A stretch of 64,000 bases of DNA, from positions 259,595-323,594 of the forward strand of contig JAYQTA010000002.1 in assembly GCA_038147155.1 (NCBI GenBank), in the 5' to 3' direction. The stretch comes from Candidatus Australimonas brisbanensis. GTDB lineage: Bacteria > Chloroflexota > Dehalococcoidia > Lucifugimonadales > Australimonadaceae. Under the pieces are notes generated by a model. It was not told the DNA's origin. It made no database searches and saw only the letters and a program-made list of their open reading frames with translations. Positions 17,953 through 27,163 of this stretch are shown piece by piece (the first letter of the stretch is position 1; each line of letters begins with the position of its first letter). The position numbers and the translations under genes are program-made.

Positions 17953-17956
17953 CGGA

Positions 17957-18145
17957 CTAGGCGCCGTGGCACTTCTTGTACTTGCGGCCCGACCCGCAGG
18001 GGCAAGGCTCGTTGCGACCGACCTTGCGCCCGCCGCTGGCGGCCTGGAAGCGCCGGTCAGTCGCGCGCCGTGCCTCGCACTCAACGCAGGTGCAGGTCAG
18101 CGGGTGGTCGGAGTACCAGCTGGTGCGCTCCTTGCCGATGACCAT
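17957..18145 (-). CDS. Small SEC-C motif (metal-binding) protein
   Basis: ATG 18145 lies 6 nt after GGAGG. C-terminal [17 protein letters not shown]. Confidence 0.7.
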   Translation of the reverse strand: MVIGKERTSWYSDHPLTCTCVECEARRATDRRFQAASGGRKVGRNEPCPCGSGRKYKKCHGA

Positions 18146-18242
18146 GCGAATCCTCCGTGATGGCGGCCTGCGATGCGCGCTGAGCTCAGAAGAGGCGTGC
18201 GCTCGCCAGGGTCGCACGGATGATAGCAGAGGGTTAGGCCGG

Positions 18243-18518
18243 TTAGGACTTGGGAGGCTGCCAGTGACCGGCGAGGGTGTCCGCGCGCTCAGCCAACGCG
18301 CTTACGTGGGCTGACAGGCCGGCGATGTCGCGTGCCATGTTGGAGAACTCGGCGGCAGCGGTCGCCTGCTGGTTCAGGTGCTCCCTGAAGAGCTTGTTCA
18401 ACGCCTCAAGCTCCCGCATCCGCACCTCCAGCTGCTCCTTGGTCTCCTGGAGCACGCGGTGGTTCTCCGCCAGTTCGTGGGCGTAGATCTCCAGCTGTTC
18501 GCGATCCAGGTCCGCCAA
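18243..18518 (-). CDS. Hypothetical coiled-coil protein
   Basis: 91 aa, E/L/Q-rich heptad-like sequence ([39 protein letters not shown]). TTG start. Lies downstream of a response regulator. Confidence 0.55.
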   Translation of the reverse strand: MADLDREQLEIYAHELAENHRVLQETKEQLEVRMRELEALNKLFREHLNQQATAAAEFSNMARDIAGLSAHVSALAERADTLAGHWQPPKS

Positions 18519-18574
18519 CGAGAGGGCCTTTCCCCTCTTCCTCCTGGTCGTGGGTTCAGGCTCGACGGGGTTGG

Positions 18575-18961
18575 CTAGCGTCCCCCTGGCGGAGAAGCCG
18601 CGATGATGTCCAGCAGCGCGTTGGGCTTGAAGAGCTTGACCAGGAACAGGTCGGCGCCCGCAGTCTCCGCCTCACGGCGCATGTGATCCTGGGCGAGGGC
18701 AATGAGGATGACGATCTTGATGTCTGCGGTCTGGGGCTCAGCCTTGAGTCGCTTGCAGACCTCGACGCCGTCCATGCGCGGCATGCGCACGTCCAGCAGC
18801 AGGAGGTCGGGTTGCTGCTTGCGCGCCATGCGCAGCGCCTCCTCGCCGTTGGTGGCCTCGGAGACCGCGTGCTCGCCGGTGCGCCCGATGGTGGCGTCCA
18901 GCAACGTGCGGATCGACGGTTCGTCATCCGCGATGAGCACATTGAGTGAGCGTGTGGTCAC
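18575..18961 (-). CDS. Single-domain response regulator (CheY-like receiver)
   Basis: NVLIADDEP, DLLLLDVRMPRMDG, KIVILIAL. GTG 18961 lies 9 nt after GGAGG. An alternative ATG is at 18985. Confidence 0.8.
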   Translation of the reverse strand: MTTRSLNVLIADDEPSIRTLLDATIGRTGEHAVSEATNGEEALRMARKQQPDLLLLDVRMPRMDGVEVCKRLKAEPQTADIKIVILIALAQDHMRREAETAGADLFLVKLFKPNALLDIIAASPPGGR

Positions 18962-19066
18962 GGTCTGCCGCCTCCGTCCCGGCATGCCGGGTGGCCTGCT
19001 CCGCCACTCCGCAGACATTCTCAAGCGCGGAGTGGGGGAGGCGCATCGTCCGAAAGGGCAGGCCCG

Positions 19067-20059
19067 CTACTGCTCCATGGCGGAGGCGGCGAACACCTCC
19101 TCCAGCTTCATCAGGCGGGGGGTGAGCCCCTGCTCGTAGGAGTACTGGGCCGCGGTCTCCAGCACCATGCGGTTGGCGACGATGCCATGCTCCACCAGGG
19201 GCCTGGCGACGATCTTGTTGCCATCGGGGCCCAGCAGGCCGGCTTCGACGTAGTAGTCCATATGGGCCTTGCGCCGCCGGTTGGCGACCTCGTTGGCCTT
19301 CACGTACGCCTTGAGCAGGTTCAACACCACCCACGGGTGCTGCTCCGCGATGCTGCGGCGCACCACCATGCCGTGGTTTATGGGGTAGAGGCCCGTCTTG
19401 GTGTAGTAACGCGCGCCCTCGGCCTGAGCGTCGGGGAAGAGGGGCTTGATGTCCGGGTGTGCCCACAGGTCGATGGTCGCCCGGTCCACCAGGTTGGGCT
19501 CGTTCAGGTAGAGGAGCGTGGCGTCCAGTTCCCCGGCCGCCATCATGGAGCCGATGTTCTTGTCCAGGGGGATCTGGTTGATGGTCACCCCCTCGGGCGC
19601 CTTGAAGCCGGTGGCTCCCCCGTGCGAGTGCTCCGGCGTGCGCTCCATCCAGAAGGTCATATCGCGCGGACGCACGCCGAACTCGTGCTCCAGCACCCCA
19701 CGCGTCCACAGCGCGGCCGTCTGCTGGTACTCGGGCACGCCAACCCGCTTGCCCTTCAAGTCAGCGGGCTTCTCAATGCCCGCGTCCTTGCGCACCAGCA
19801 CGCCGGTGTGGAAGAAGCGCCGGGTGGTGAAGATGGGCAGCCCCACCCAGGTGTCGTCTCCGCGGGCCGTCGCCATCATCAGGGAGGAGAAGCTCATCTC
19901 CGACACGTCGAACTCGGCGTGCTTGAGCTGACGCCAGAAGATCTCCGACCCGTGGATCACGGAGGGGATCAGGTTGATGCCGTCTGCCTTGACGGTGCCG
20001 TCGATGATGGGCCAGGTCCGGGGGTTGTCGGCAAGGGCTATGGACAGGTTCAGTTCCAC
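19067..20059 (-). CDS. 4,5-dihydroxyphthalate decarboxylase-like / SsuA-THI5-fold protein
   Basis: 330 aa. N-terminus MELNLSIALADNPRTWPIIDGTVKADGINLIP...FDVSEMSFSS is typical of this family (assigned from memory). AGGAGG SD. Confidence 0.7.
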   Translation of the reverse strand: MELNLSIALADNPRTWPIIDGTVKADGINLIPSVIHGSEIFWRQLKHAEFDVSEMSFSSLMMATARGDDTWVGLPIFTTRRFFHTGVLVRKDAGIEKPADLKGKRVGVPEYQQTAALWTRGVLEHEFGVRPRDMTFWMERTPEHSHGGATGFKAPEGVTINQIPLDKNIGSMMAAGELDATLLYLNEPNLVDRATIDLWAHPDIKPLFPDAQAEGARYYTKTGLYPINHGMVVRRSIAEQHPWVVLNLLKAYVKANEVANRRRKAHMDYYVEAGLLGPDGNKIVARPLVEHGIVANRMVLETAAQYSYEQGLTPRLMKLEEVFAASAMEQ

Positions 20060-20089
20060 GGAACGCCTCCTGGGCTGGTTGGTGTCTGC

Positions 20090-21607
20090 CTACATCACCG
20101 CGCCCTGCTGCCAGGGCACGAACTCCTCGGAGCCCACGCCGAGCTCCTCCGACTTGGTCTTCTGGCCCGAGGCGACCTCCAGGATGCGGTTGAAGATGAC
20201 CTCACCCATCTCCTCCACGCTGGCGGTCCCGTCGGCGATGACGCCGCAGTTGATGTCCATGTCGCCCTCCATGCGCTGGTAGAGCGGCGTGTTGGTGGAC
20301 AATTTGAGCGATGGCGCAGGCACGCACCCATAGGCGGAACCGCGCCCGGTGGTGAAGCAGACGATGTTAGCCCCGCCCGCCACCTGGCCCGTGATGGACA
20401 CCGGGTCGTTGCCGGGGGTGTCCATGAACACTAGGCCCTTGGCGGTGACGGGCGCGGCGTAGTCGGCCACTGCGGCAAGGTTGGTGGTTCCGCCCTTGGC
20501 CACCGCGCCCAACGACTTCTCCAGGATGGTGGTGAGCCCACCCTCCTTGTTGCCGGGGGAGGGGTTGTTATTCATAGCCCCGCCGTTGCGCGCGGTGTAC
20601 TCCTCCCACCAGGAGATCTTCTCCAGCAGGCGTGAGCCCGCCTCCTCGGAGGCGGCGCGGCGGGTGAGCAGATGCTCCGCGCCGTAGATCTCCGGCGTCT
20701 CCGAAAGGATGACGGTGCCACCCTGGGAGATGAGGATGTCGGCCGCCGCGCCCAGTGCCGGGTTGGCGGTGATGCCGGAGTAGCCGTCGCTCCCGCCGCA
20801 CTGGAGGGCCAGCACCAGTTCGGACGCGGGCACCGGCTCGCGATCCACCGCATCAGCGGCCTGAAGCAACGTGCGGATGCGCTTCTCGGCCTCCTTCACC
20901 GTGGCCGCGGTGCCGCCCGTCTCCTGGATGGTCAGGGGGAAGACGCGCTTGTCGCCCGTGAGCCCCTCCGCCTCCAGCAGCTTTGTGAGCTGGTTCGCCT
21001 CGCAGCCCAGGGCCACGATGACCACCGCGAAGAAGTTAGGGTGGCGCGCGTACCCGCCGATGGTGCGGCGCAGCAGATCCATGGGCTGCCCCTCCGAGGC
21101 CATGCCGCACCCACTGCCGTGGGTGAGGGCGACGACCCCATCCACGTTGGGGAAGCGCCGGAGCGCATCGCCTCTGAACCGGTCGGCGATCATGCGCGCC
21201 ACCGACGCCGAGCAGTTCACCGTGGTGAGCACCCCGATGTAGTTGCGGGTGGCGATGCGTCCATCGGGGCGGCGGATGCCCATCCACGCGGCACGCCGGG
21301 GCGCCATCTGCGTGGGGCGCGCCTCCGAACCGATGGCGTGGTCGCGCCCCTCAGCCGACATGCCCAGGTTGTGCAGGTGGACGTGCTCGCCGGGCGCGAT
21401 GGCAGCCGTGGCCTGCCCGATGACCTGCCCGTACTTGCGCACCAGCCCACCCTGGGCGATGGCGGCGGTGGCTATCTTGTGGCCCGGCGGGATGTTCGCC
21501 GCCGCCGTGACGCCCTCTTCCTCCACCGTGGTGCCCTGGGGGATAGCCACGCGCGCCACCACCACGTTGTCCGCACCGTTCAGACGGATGGTCAGCCGTT
21601 CACTCAC
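20090..21607 (-). CDS. UxaA family hydrolyase (altronate/galactarate dehydratase-like)
   Basis: SAF-like N-terminus (VAIPQGTTV...IPPGHKIA), then NYIGVLTTVNCSA, ALTHGSGCG, LQCGGSD. GTG 21607 lies after GGAGGGAG. An alternative ATG is at 21622. Confidence 0.85.
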   Translation of the reverse strand: MSERLTIRLNGADNVVVARVAIPQGTTVEEEGVTAAANIPPGHKIATAAIAQGGLVRKYGQVIGQATAAIAPGEHVHLHNLGMSAEGRDHAIGSEARPTQMAPRRAAWMGIRRPDGRIATRNYIGVLTTVNCSASVARMIADRFRGDALRRFPNVDGVVALTHGSGCGMASEGQPMDLLRRTIGGYARHPNFFAVVIVALGCEANQLTKLLEAEGLTGDKRVFPLTIQETGGTAATVKEAEKRIRTLLQAADAVDREPVPASELVLALQCGGSDGYSGITANPALGAAADILISQGGTVILSETPEIYGAEHLLTRRAASEEAGSRLLEKISWWEEYTARNGGAMNNNPSPGNKEGGLTTILEKSLGAVAKGGTTNLAAVADYAAPVTAKGLVFMDTPGNDPVSITGQVAGGANIVCFTTGRGSAYGCVPAPSLKLSTNTPLYQRMEGDMDINCGVIADGTASVEEMGEVIFNRILEVASGQKTKSEELGVGSEEFVPWQQGAVM

Positions 21608-21701
21608 GCCCGCTCCCTCCATGCCCTGGCCGGGCAGCGCCAAAGGTACCACCGCCAGCGTCTGCAGGGCAGGGGTATGCTGTGAGGAGCCCGTCCTGGG
21701 G

Positions 21702-22427
21702 ATGCCCATGCGTCTTGCCGTTGCCCTTGTCCTCGCCCTCTTCCTGCTCGCCGGGTGCGACGAGGACGCCCCTGCTTCCCCCACACCGAGACCCACGGAG
21801 AACCCCGCGCCGGCACATGAGGCGCGCAGCGACGCCTGGCCCGAGGTGTAGATCTCCAACGGCTTCGATGGGGCCACCTACGAGTTCAAAACCAACTGCT
21901 TCGACCCCTACGACGTACAGGAGGCGTGCCCCCTGTGGGAGGCGACCCGTGTCGCCGTCGAGGGGCCGGACGGGCGGGTCTTCGAGCTGAACAAGGACTA
22001 CAACGTCAATGCCTACTCCGACGAGGTGATCCGCCGCTGGGTGCTCTACGGTCCGGCGGGTGCTGGGCTACCCATCCTCGGTGCATACACCTTCCGCTAC
22101 TACCAGGGCGGGACGGTGATGCTGGAGCAGACGGTGGACTACCGGCCAGACACCGTGGGCTACCCCACGGATGTGGTCTGGCGGCGCGAGGGGACGGACA
22201 TGGTGGTGACGTGGACGCCGCCCCAGGGCATGCGTGCGGGCATGTGGTACAAGGTGCTTGTATTCCCCGACGAGGGAAGCCTCATCAGCCAGGTATTCGC
22301 GTGGGATGCGGCGCAGGCCTCACTTCCCGCCGTGCCGCTGGCCGACGGCCAGGGCTTCACCCTCAACGTAGCCGCCTATTTTCAGGCCGGTTACGCCTAC
22401 TCGGACTACCAGCACTTCACCTGGTAG
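21702..22427 (+). pseudogene. Lipoprotein gene interrupted by an in-frame TAG
   Basis: MPMRLAVALVLALFLLAGCDEDAP...SDAWPEV-TAG(21849-21851)-ISNGFDGATYEFKTNCFDPYDVQEACPLWEATRV...YQHFTW, all in one frame of 242 codons. The 58 codons after the TAG have high GC3 and no start codon. Confidence 0.6.
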
Positions 22428-24108
22428 CCGCGCCGTTGCGCAGCACCTTCCCCGGGTAGGCCCCGGTGTGCTCGCCGTGCTCGTACAGCACCTGGCCGTT
22501 GACCACGGTGTAGTCCACGCCCTTGGCCCTCTGGCCCAAGCGCATCAGGCCGCCGGGCAGGTCGTGCACCTCCTCCGGCTCCTCGGTGCCCACGGTCTCG
22601 GGGTCGAACACCACCACGTCCGCGGCGTAGCCCCGGCGCAGCAGGCCCCGCCCGTCCAGTCCGTACAGCGCCGCCTGCATAGAGGTGAGCTTGCGGATGG
22701 CCTCCTCCAGACTGAGCGCCTGCTCCTCACGCACCCAGTGGCTCAGCAGCAACGTGGCGTAGCCGTAGCCCGCCTCGTAGATGACGTGGGCCCCGGCATC
22801 GGACAGGCCGATGACCGAGTAGGGGCTGGCCAGCATCGCTGCCAGCGCCCCGGCATCGGACCCCGACTGGTTGTTCTCCAGGCCTGTGTTCAGGTCGTCA
22901 GCCAGCACCATGTCGAGGAACGCGTCCAGCACGTCGGCGTTCTCCTCCCGCGCCATGAGCCCCACGCTCTTGCCCCGGTAGCGGGCGTACCGCTCGGACA
23001 GAACGCGGGTGATGCGGATGCGGTCCCACTGGATCGGCAGCGCGTCCACGGGGAGATCGCGCCCCTCCACCGCCTCGGCACGCAGCGTGGCGCGCATGGC
23101 AGGGTCGGCGAGGGCCGCCTTCTTGGCCTCGTGGTCCGTGAGCATCACCTCACGCCAGGTGGGCATGCGGTCGAACACCTGGGCGTTGCGCATGGTGAAG
23201 CGCTGGGAGGCCGGGCGAGGGTTCACCACCGGGTAGACGGGCCACCCCTCGCCGATGCGCTGGGCCACCAGGTCCAGGTGCTCGCGCCACTGGTCGGGTC
23301 GCTTGGCGTTGTGCACCAGTTGGTTGTAGATCACGGGCCGCCCGCTCACCTGCGAGAGGTGGGTGGCGAAGCCCTCGCGTATCTCCAGCGGGTAGGCGCT
23401 CCCGCACTGGAGCACCCCGGCGGGCAGGTCGGACAGCGCCGAGGCCAGGGCGTAGATCTCCTCCAGCGGGGCGACGATGGCCGGAACGGGCCGCCCCTCC
23501 AGGTCCAGGTGCCCGCCGTTGCGGTCGAAGGAAAGGCCCAGCGCACCGGCGCGCATGCCGTCGCGGATGATCCCCTGCATCTGCGCCAGTTCCTCGGGGG
23601 TAGCCTCAGTGCGTTCCTGCGACTCGGCACCCATGACGTAGCGGCGGATGGCGGAGTGCCCCATGAGCACCCCGGCGTTCACCCCCAGCTTGCGGTCGAG
23701 GAAATCCAAGTACTCCGGGAACGACTCCCACTGCCAGTTCACCCCGGCGCGCAGGCTCTCCATGGGGATGGCCTCCACGCGGGAGAGCATCTTGGCCAGG
23801 GACTCGCGCTCGTCTGGGCGCGCGGGGGCCAGGGAGAGGGAGCAGTTGCCGAAGATGACGCTGGTCACCCCGTGCTGGGGCGAGAAGGTGCACAGCGGGT
23901 CCCAGGTCACCTGGGCATCGAAGTGGCAGTGGTTGTCGATGAAGCCGGGGGCCACCACGCGCCCGGAGGCATCGATGGTGCGCCTGGCCTCGCCGCTGAG
24001 GCGGCCGATGTCCACGATGACCCCATCGCGGATGCCCACGTCAGCGTTGAAGGACGGCATGCCCGACCCGTCCACTACACGGCCGTTCTTGATGAGCAGG
24101 TCGTACAT
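22417..24108 (-). CDS. N-acyl-D-amino-acid deacylase (D-aminoacylase) family amidohydrolase
   Basis: MYDLLIKNGRVVDGSG...APGFIDNHCHFD. Confidence 0.85.
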   Translation of the reverse strand: MYDLLIKNGRVVDGSGMPSFNADVGIRDGVIVDIGRLSGEARRTIDASGRVVAPGFIDNHCHFDAQVTWDPLCTFSPQHGVTSVIFGNCSLSLAPARPDERESLAKMLSRVEAIPMESLRAGVNWQWESFPEYLDFLDRKLGVNAGVLMGHSAIRRYVMGAESQERTEATPEELAQMQGIIRDGMRAGALGLSFDRNGGHLDLEGRPVPAIVAPLEEIYALASALSDLPAGVLQCGSAYPLEIREGFATHLSQVSGRPVIYNQLVHNAKRPDQWREHLDLVAQRIGEGWPVYPVVNPRPASQRFTMRNAQVFDRMPTWREVMLTDHEAKKAALADPAMRATLRAEAVEGRDLPVDALPIQWDRIRITRVLSERYARYRGKSVGLMAREENADVLDAFLDMVLADDLNTGLENNQSGSDAGALAAMLASPYSVIGLSDAGAHVIYEAGYGYATLLLSHWVREEQALSLEEAIRKLTSMQAALYGLDGRGLLRRGYAADVVVFDPETVGTEEPEEVHDLPGGLMRLGQRAKGVDYTVVNGQVLYEHGEHTGAYPGKVLRNGAATR

Positions 24109-24118
24109 CTCGCCCCCT

Positions 24119-25348
24119 TCAGCCCAGCGGGCCCGCAAAGGTCTGGTCGGCGTACACGTCTGACAACGGCTCGATGGCCTCCGGCCACTCGCTGATGGGC
24201 ACGTGCCGGTGCCCCTCGGCACGCGGGGCGCCTGCCCAGCCCACCTGCTCGAGGTAGGTGTGCAGCAGGACGCGGTGCCCCTCCGGGTCCACGGCGTAGG
24301 CCGCATGGTCCATACCGGGGTGCAGTTCCGCGGGCACGTCGGTCACCGTGACGCCCTGCTCGCGCAGGAAGGCCACCGCCTCACGCAGCTGGCGGTAGGA
24401 GCCCACGCTCACCCCGAAGGCGGCGAGCGTGGTGGTGGCGGGGATGCCCAGGCGCTCGCGCAAGCCCAGCGGCAGCAGCCCCAGAGAGTGGTGCTCGGCC
24501 CCGGCGCGCAGGAACACGCACCGCTCTCCCTCCACCGTCGTCTCGGCGGTGACGGTGAAGCCCATGAGTTCGGTGTAGAAGCGGGTCGAGGCGTCCACGT
24601 CGTCCACCAGCAGGTGCACCGGGCCAATGCGCGTGACCTTGAAGGGGCGCTCCAACAGCACCCCCTCAACGTCGTGGACGGCGGGCAAGCGCGCCGCGTC
24701 GCGGTGCCCGCTGCGCAGGTCCACCCCCTCCGCCAGCGCCCCGTCCACCTCGGCCTCCTCACCCGCCATGGGAAGGGACGGCGGCTCGACGGCGCGTCCC
24801 GCGTAGAAGGGCAGGGGTTTGGAGGTGCCCTGCCAGCCGATCTGCTCGATGCCGTAGTACAGCTCGTTGGTGTGCCGGTCGGGGTCCTGGATGTAGGTGT
24901 GCCAGTTGGAGCCAGGCATATCGCGCCCAGAGCGCTCGATGGTCACGCCGTGGCGGCCGAAGTAGCCCACCGCCTCCACTACCTCGCGCAGCGAGCCGAC
25001 CTGCCAGGTGAGCTGGTTGATGTTGGGCCCGTAGGCGTGTCCGCGTGAAGCGGCCATGCGCTGGCGCATCTCGCGCGGGAACAGCACGAAGGAGTGATGG
25101 TCGCCGCCGTAGTGGGTGAAGTACCCCTTGGTCTGGCTCACGCCCTTGAGCGCGTCGGCCAGGCGCGGATTCTTCCCGAAGTCCAGCACGTCCGAGAGGC
25201 GGAAGCCCAGCAGGTCGTGGTAGAAGCGCAGGCACTCGTCCATGCGCTCCACGTCCAGGCCGAAGTGGCCCAGGCGGCGCACCTTGAAGGGGCGCTCCAG
25301 CAGCACCCCGCCCACGTCGTAACGCTCCGTCCGGGGCTCGACCGCCAT
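24119..25348 (-). CDS. Two-module VOC (glyoxalase/extradiol dioxygenase) family protein
   Basis: Internal duplication: VLLERPFKVRRLGHFGLDV... and VLLERPFKVTRIGPVHLLV.... ATG 25348 lies 6 nt after AGGAGG. Confidence 0.8.
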   Translation of the reverse strand: MAVEPRTERYDVGGVLLERPFKVRRLGHFGLDVERMDECLRFYHDLLGFRLSDVLDFGKNPRLADALKGVSQTKGYFTHYGGDHHSFVLFPREMRQRMAASRGHAYGPNINQLTWQVGSLREVVEAVGYFGRHGVTIERSGRDMPGSNWHTYIQDPDRHTNELYYGIEQIGWQGTSKPLPFYAGRAVEPPSLPMAGEEAEVDGALAEGVDLRSGHRDAARLPAVHDVEGVLLERPFKVTRIGPVHLLVDDVDASTRFYTELMGFTVTAETTVEGERCVFLRAGAEHHSLGLLPLGLRERLGIPATTTLAAFGVSVGSYRQLREAVAFLREQGVTVTDVPAELHPGMDHAAYAVDPEGHRVLLHTYLEQVGWAGAPRAEGHRHVPISEWPEAIEPLSDVYADQTFAGPLG

Positions 25349-25400
25349 CACGCACCTCCTGTGGTGCTCGTCGTGGCCGGGAGTGTACTCCCGTGCGTCC

Positions 25401-25907
25401 TCACTCCGTCAGCGTCAGCAGCTCCCACATGGCATCGCGGGTCGCCCGCGCTGTCTGCTCGGTGATGCCCAGGTACCCCAACACCTTGGCACCGGTGGAG
25501 TCCGGGAGGCGCAGGATGCCCAGCAACAGGTGCTCGGTGCCGATGGGGTAGGTATCCGAATACAGCCCCGCCTCCTCCAGGGAGAGGGCCAACGCCTCGG
25601 CGACCAGCGCCGTGTGCGCCACCCCCTGCCAGTCCACCGTCTCCCGCTCCGGCGCGCCGGGCGCGGGGCGCGCGTGCAGGTTCATGAAGGCGCAGAGCTC
25701 GTCGGCCAGCGTCAGATCCACGCCCATGCGGCGCAGGAGCAGCCCGCCCGCGCAATCGGGTTCCATGAGCACCCCATGGAGCAGGTGCGCGGTGTTCACC
25801 CCCGGCGCCCGGCCTGGCGCCTGCGCCTGGCGCAGCACCGCGTGCTCCCACGCCAGCTTGGCGCAGCGGCCCATGCGGGCCATGTCGGGAGTGGGCAGAG
25901 CGGTCAC
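25401..25907 (-). CDS. Clp N-terminal (Clp_N repeat) domain protein
   Basis: GTG 25907 lies 6 nt after GGAGG. Motifs: TAHLLHGVLMEPDCAGGLLLRRMGVD and GTEHLLLGILRLPDSTGAKVL. Confidence 0.7.
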   Translation of the reverse strand: MTALPTPDMARMGRCAKLAWEHAVLRQAQAPGRAPGVNTAHLLHGVLMEPDCAGGLLLRRMGVDLTLADELCAFMNLHARPAPGAPERETVDWQGVAHTALVAEALALSLEEAGLYSDTYPIGTEHLLLGILRLPDSTGAKVLGYLGITEQTARATRDAMWELLTLTE

Positions 25908-26038
25908 GGCGAACCTCCGGAGCGACTCGCGGCAGTCTACCCCCTCGCGCGTGAGCGCGCGAGCGCGTCCGCTCGCACCGTCTCCCGTGCGACTTTCGGG
26001 CGGTGGCAGGGGGGTCACGCCCGCCTAGGCTGGGAGCT

Positions 26039-26431
26039 ATGGCGAAGTTGCGCGGCATGTGGGCGGCCCTGCGTTCCGAACAGCGGGGTGCGCTGCTGGC
26101 GGAGATCGTCATGGTCATCGCCACGTTCACCCTGCTGGGTACCGGCGTGCTTGCGGGCCTGCAGACCGCCTACCGCACCAAGGGGCAGGTGGAGGTGGTC
26201 GCGACCACGGAGAACATCATCCGTAACCAGTTGGCCTACGTCTTCGAGCAGGCCTACGCCTCACCCAGAGCGGACTACCTGGACATCACCCCGCCCACGG
26301 GCTTCACGCTGACCACGGACATCCTGACCTACTCCACCACCAGCACCGATGGCATCGAGCGGGTCCGCATCAGCGTGGCGTACGCCGGAGCGACGGTGCG
26401 CACCTACGAGACCGTGAGGGTCAACCAATGA
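26039..26431 (+). CDS. Small pilin-like protein (class III/prepilin-type N-terminus)
   Basis: ...RSEQRG/ALLAEIVMVIATFTLLGTGVLAG, with G at -1, E at +5 and a hydrophobic helix. The start is uncertain (26039 or 26057). Confidence 0.5.
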   Translation: MAKLRGMWAALRSEQRGALLAEIVMVIATFTLLGTGVLAGLQTAYRTKGQVEVVATTENIIRNQLAYVFEQAYASPRADYLDITPPTGFTLTTDILTYSTTSTDGIERVRISVAYAGATVRTYETVRVNQ

Positions 26432-26655
26432 GCGCGCTGCGCGGGATCCGGCGTGCGTGGGCCCGGCTGGGCAGCGGCGGCTTCACCCTGGCCGAGGCGC
26501 TGGTGGACTCCATCGTGCAGGCGGTGAACAACTCTGCGCTCATCGGCATGCTCTACGACATCGAGTCCGTCGCCTCAGACGGTTCCACCATCTGGGCGCG
26601 CGTGCTGCTCACCCCCAGCGGGGACATCGTCATCCTCTCCTGGACGGATAACTAG
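26428..26655 (+). CDS. Small pilin-like protein (prepilin-type GFTLAE motif)
   Basis: ATGA overlap with the upstream gene. LGSGG/FTLAEALVDSIV... The hydrophobic helix is atypically polar. 75 aa. Confidence 0.45.
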   Translation: MSALRGIRRAWARLGSGGFTLAEALVDSIVQAVNNSALIGMLYDIESVASDGSTIWARVLLTPSGDIVILSWTDN

Positions 26656-27158
26656 CGTCCACCGCAGGGGAGGGCGCCGGGGCACTCCAGCACCCACTCC
26701 CCGCCCTGGCGCACCAGTGCTTCCCGGCGCACGTCCAGGATCGTGCGCCCCGCGCCCTCCTGGGGAGGTGGTCCCTCCAGCGCCACGGACACCGTGGCAC
26801 GCGTGCGCGCATCCTCCAGCAGCACGCTGATGGCAACGACACCGATGAGTCCGCCACCCTCTCCTCCCAGGGGGAGCACCAAGGGAGGGGCGTCGGGCCC
26901 CGCAGCCTCCAGCGCTTCACGCGCCTGCACCGACAGGTAGTCGCGGGCCTCCTCCCACTCCCCAACGCTCGCCGACAGGTAGAAGCGGCGCACCGTCTCG
27001 TAGGCGGAGCGCTCCGGGCGCACCGCGCCCGCCAGCATCAGCAGGCCCAATACCAGGGCGCCCGCCGCCGTGCCATAGGCGGCCAGGGCAACGCACCCAT
27101 CGGCAGTGCGTGCCCAGCGCATCACACGCCGCAGGAGGCCTGAGGGGAAGGGCTGCAT
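26652..27158 (-). CDS. Hypothetical membrane-anchored protein
   Basis: Starts MQPFPSGLLRRVMRWART.... One TM (CVALAAYGTAAGALVLGLLMLAGAV). High GC3. Lies 5 nt after the oxidoreductase stop. Confidence 0.45.
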   Translation of the reverse strand: MQPFPSGLLRRVMRWARTADGCVALAAYGTAAGALVLGLLMLAGAVRPERSAYETVRRFYLSASVGEWEEARDYLSVQAREALEAAGPDAPPLVLPLGGEGGGLIGVVAISVLLEDARTRATVSVALEGPPPQEGAGRTILDVRREALVRQGGEWVLECPGALPCGGR

Positions 27159-27163
27159 GCGCG

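Noticed and set aside
21849-21851. In-frame TAG (21849, 63160) and TAA (4683) as programmed recoding, such as pyrrolysine or stop-codon reassignment.
   Set aside because: TAG, and also TGA, terminate many ordinary genes in this window (phnD, osmC, bcp, the LLM gene, aldolases, permeases). The affected positions are not conserved catalytic sites. No downstream recoding structure was seen. A nonsense mutation or base-call error is more parsimonious.
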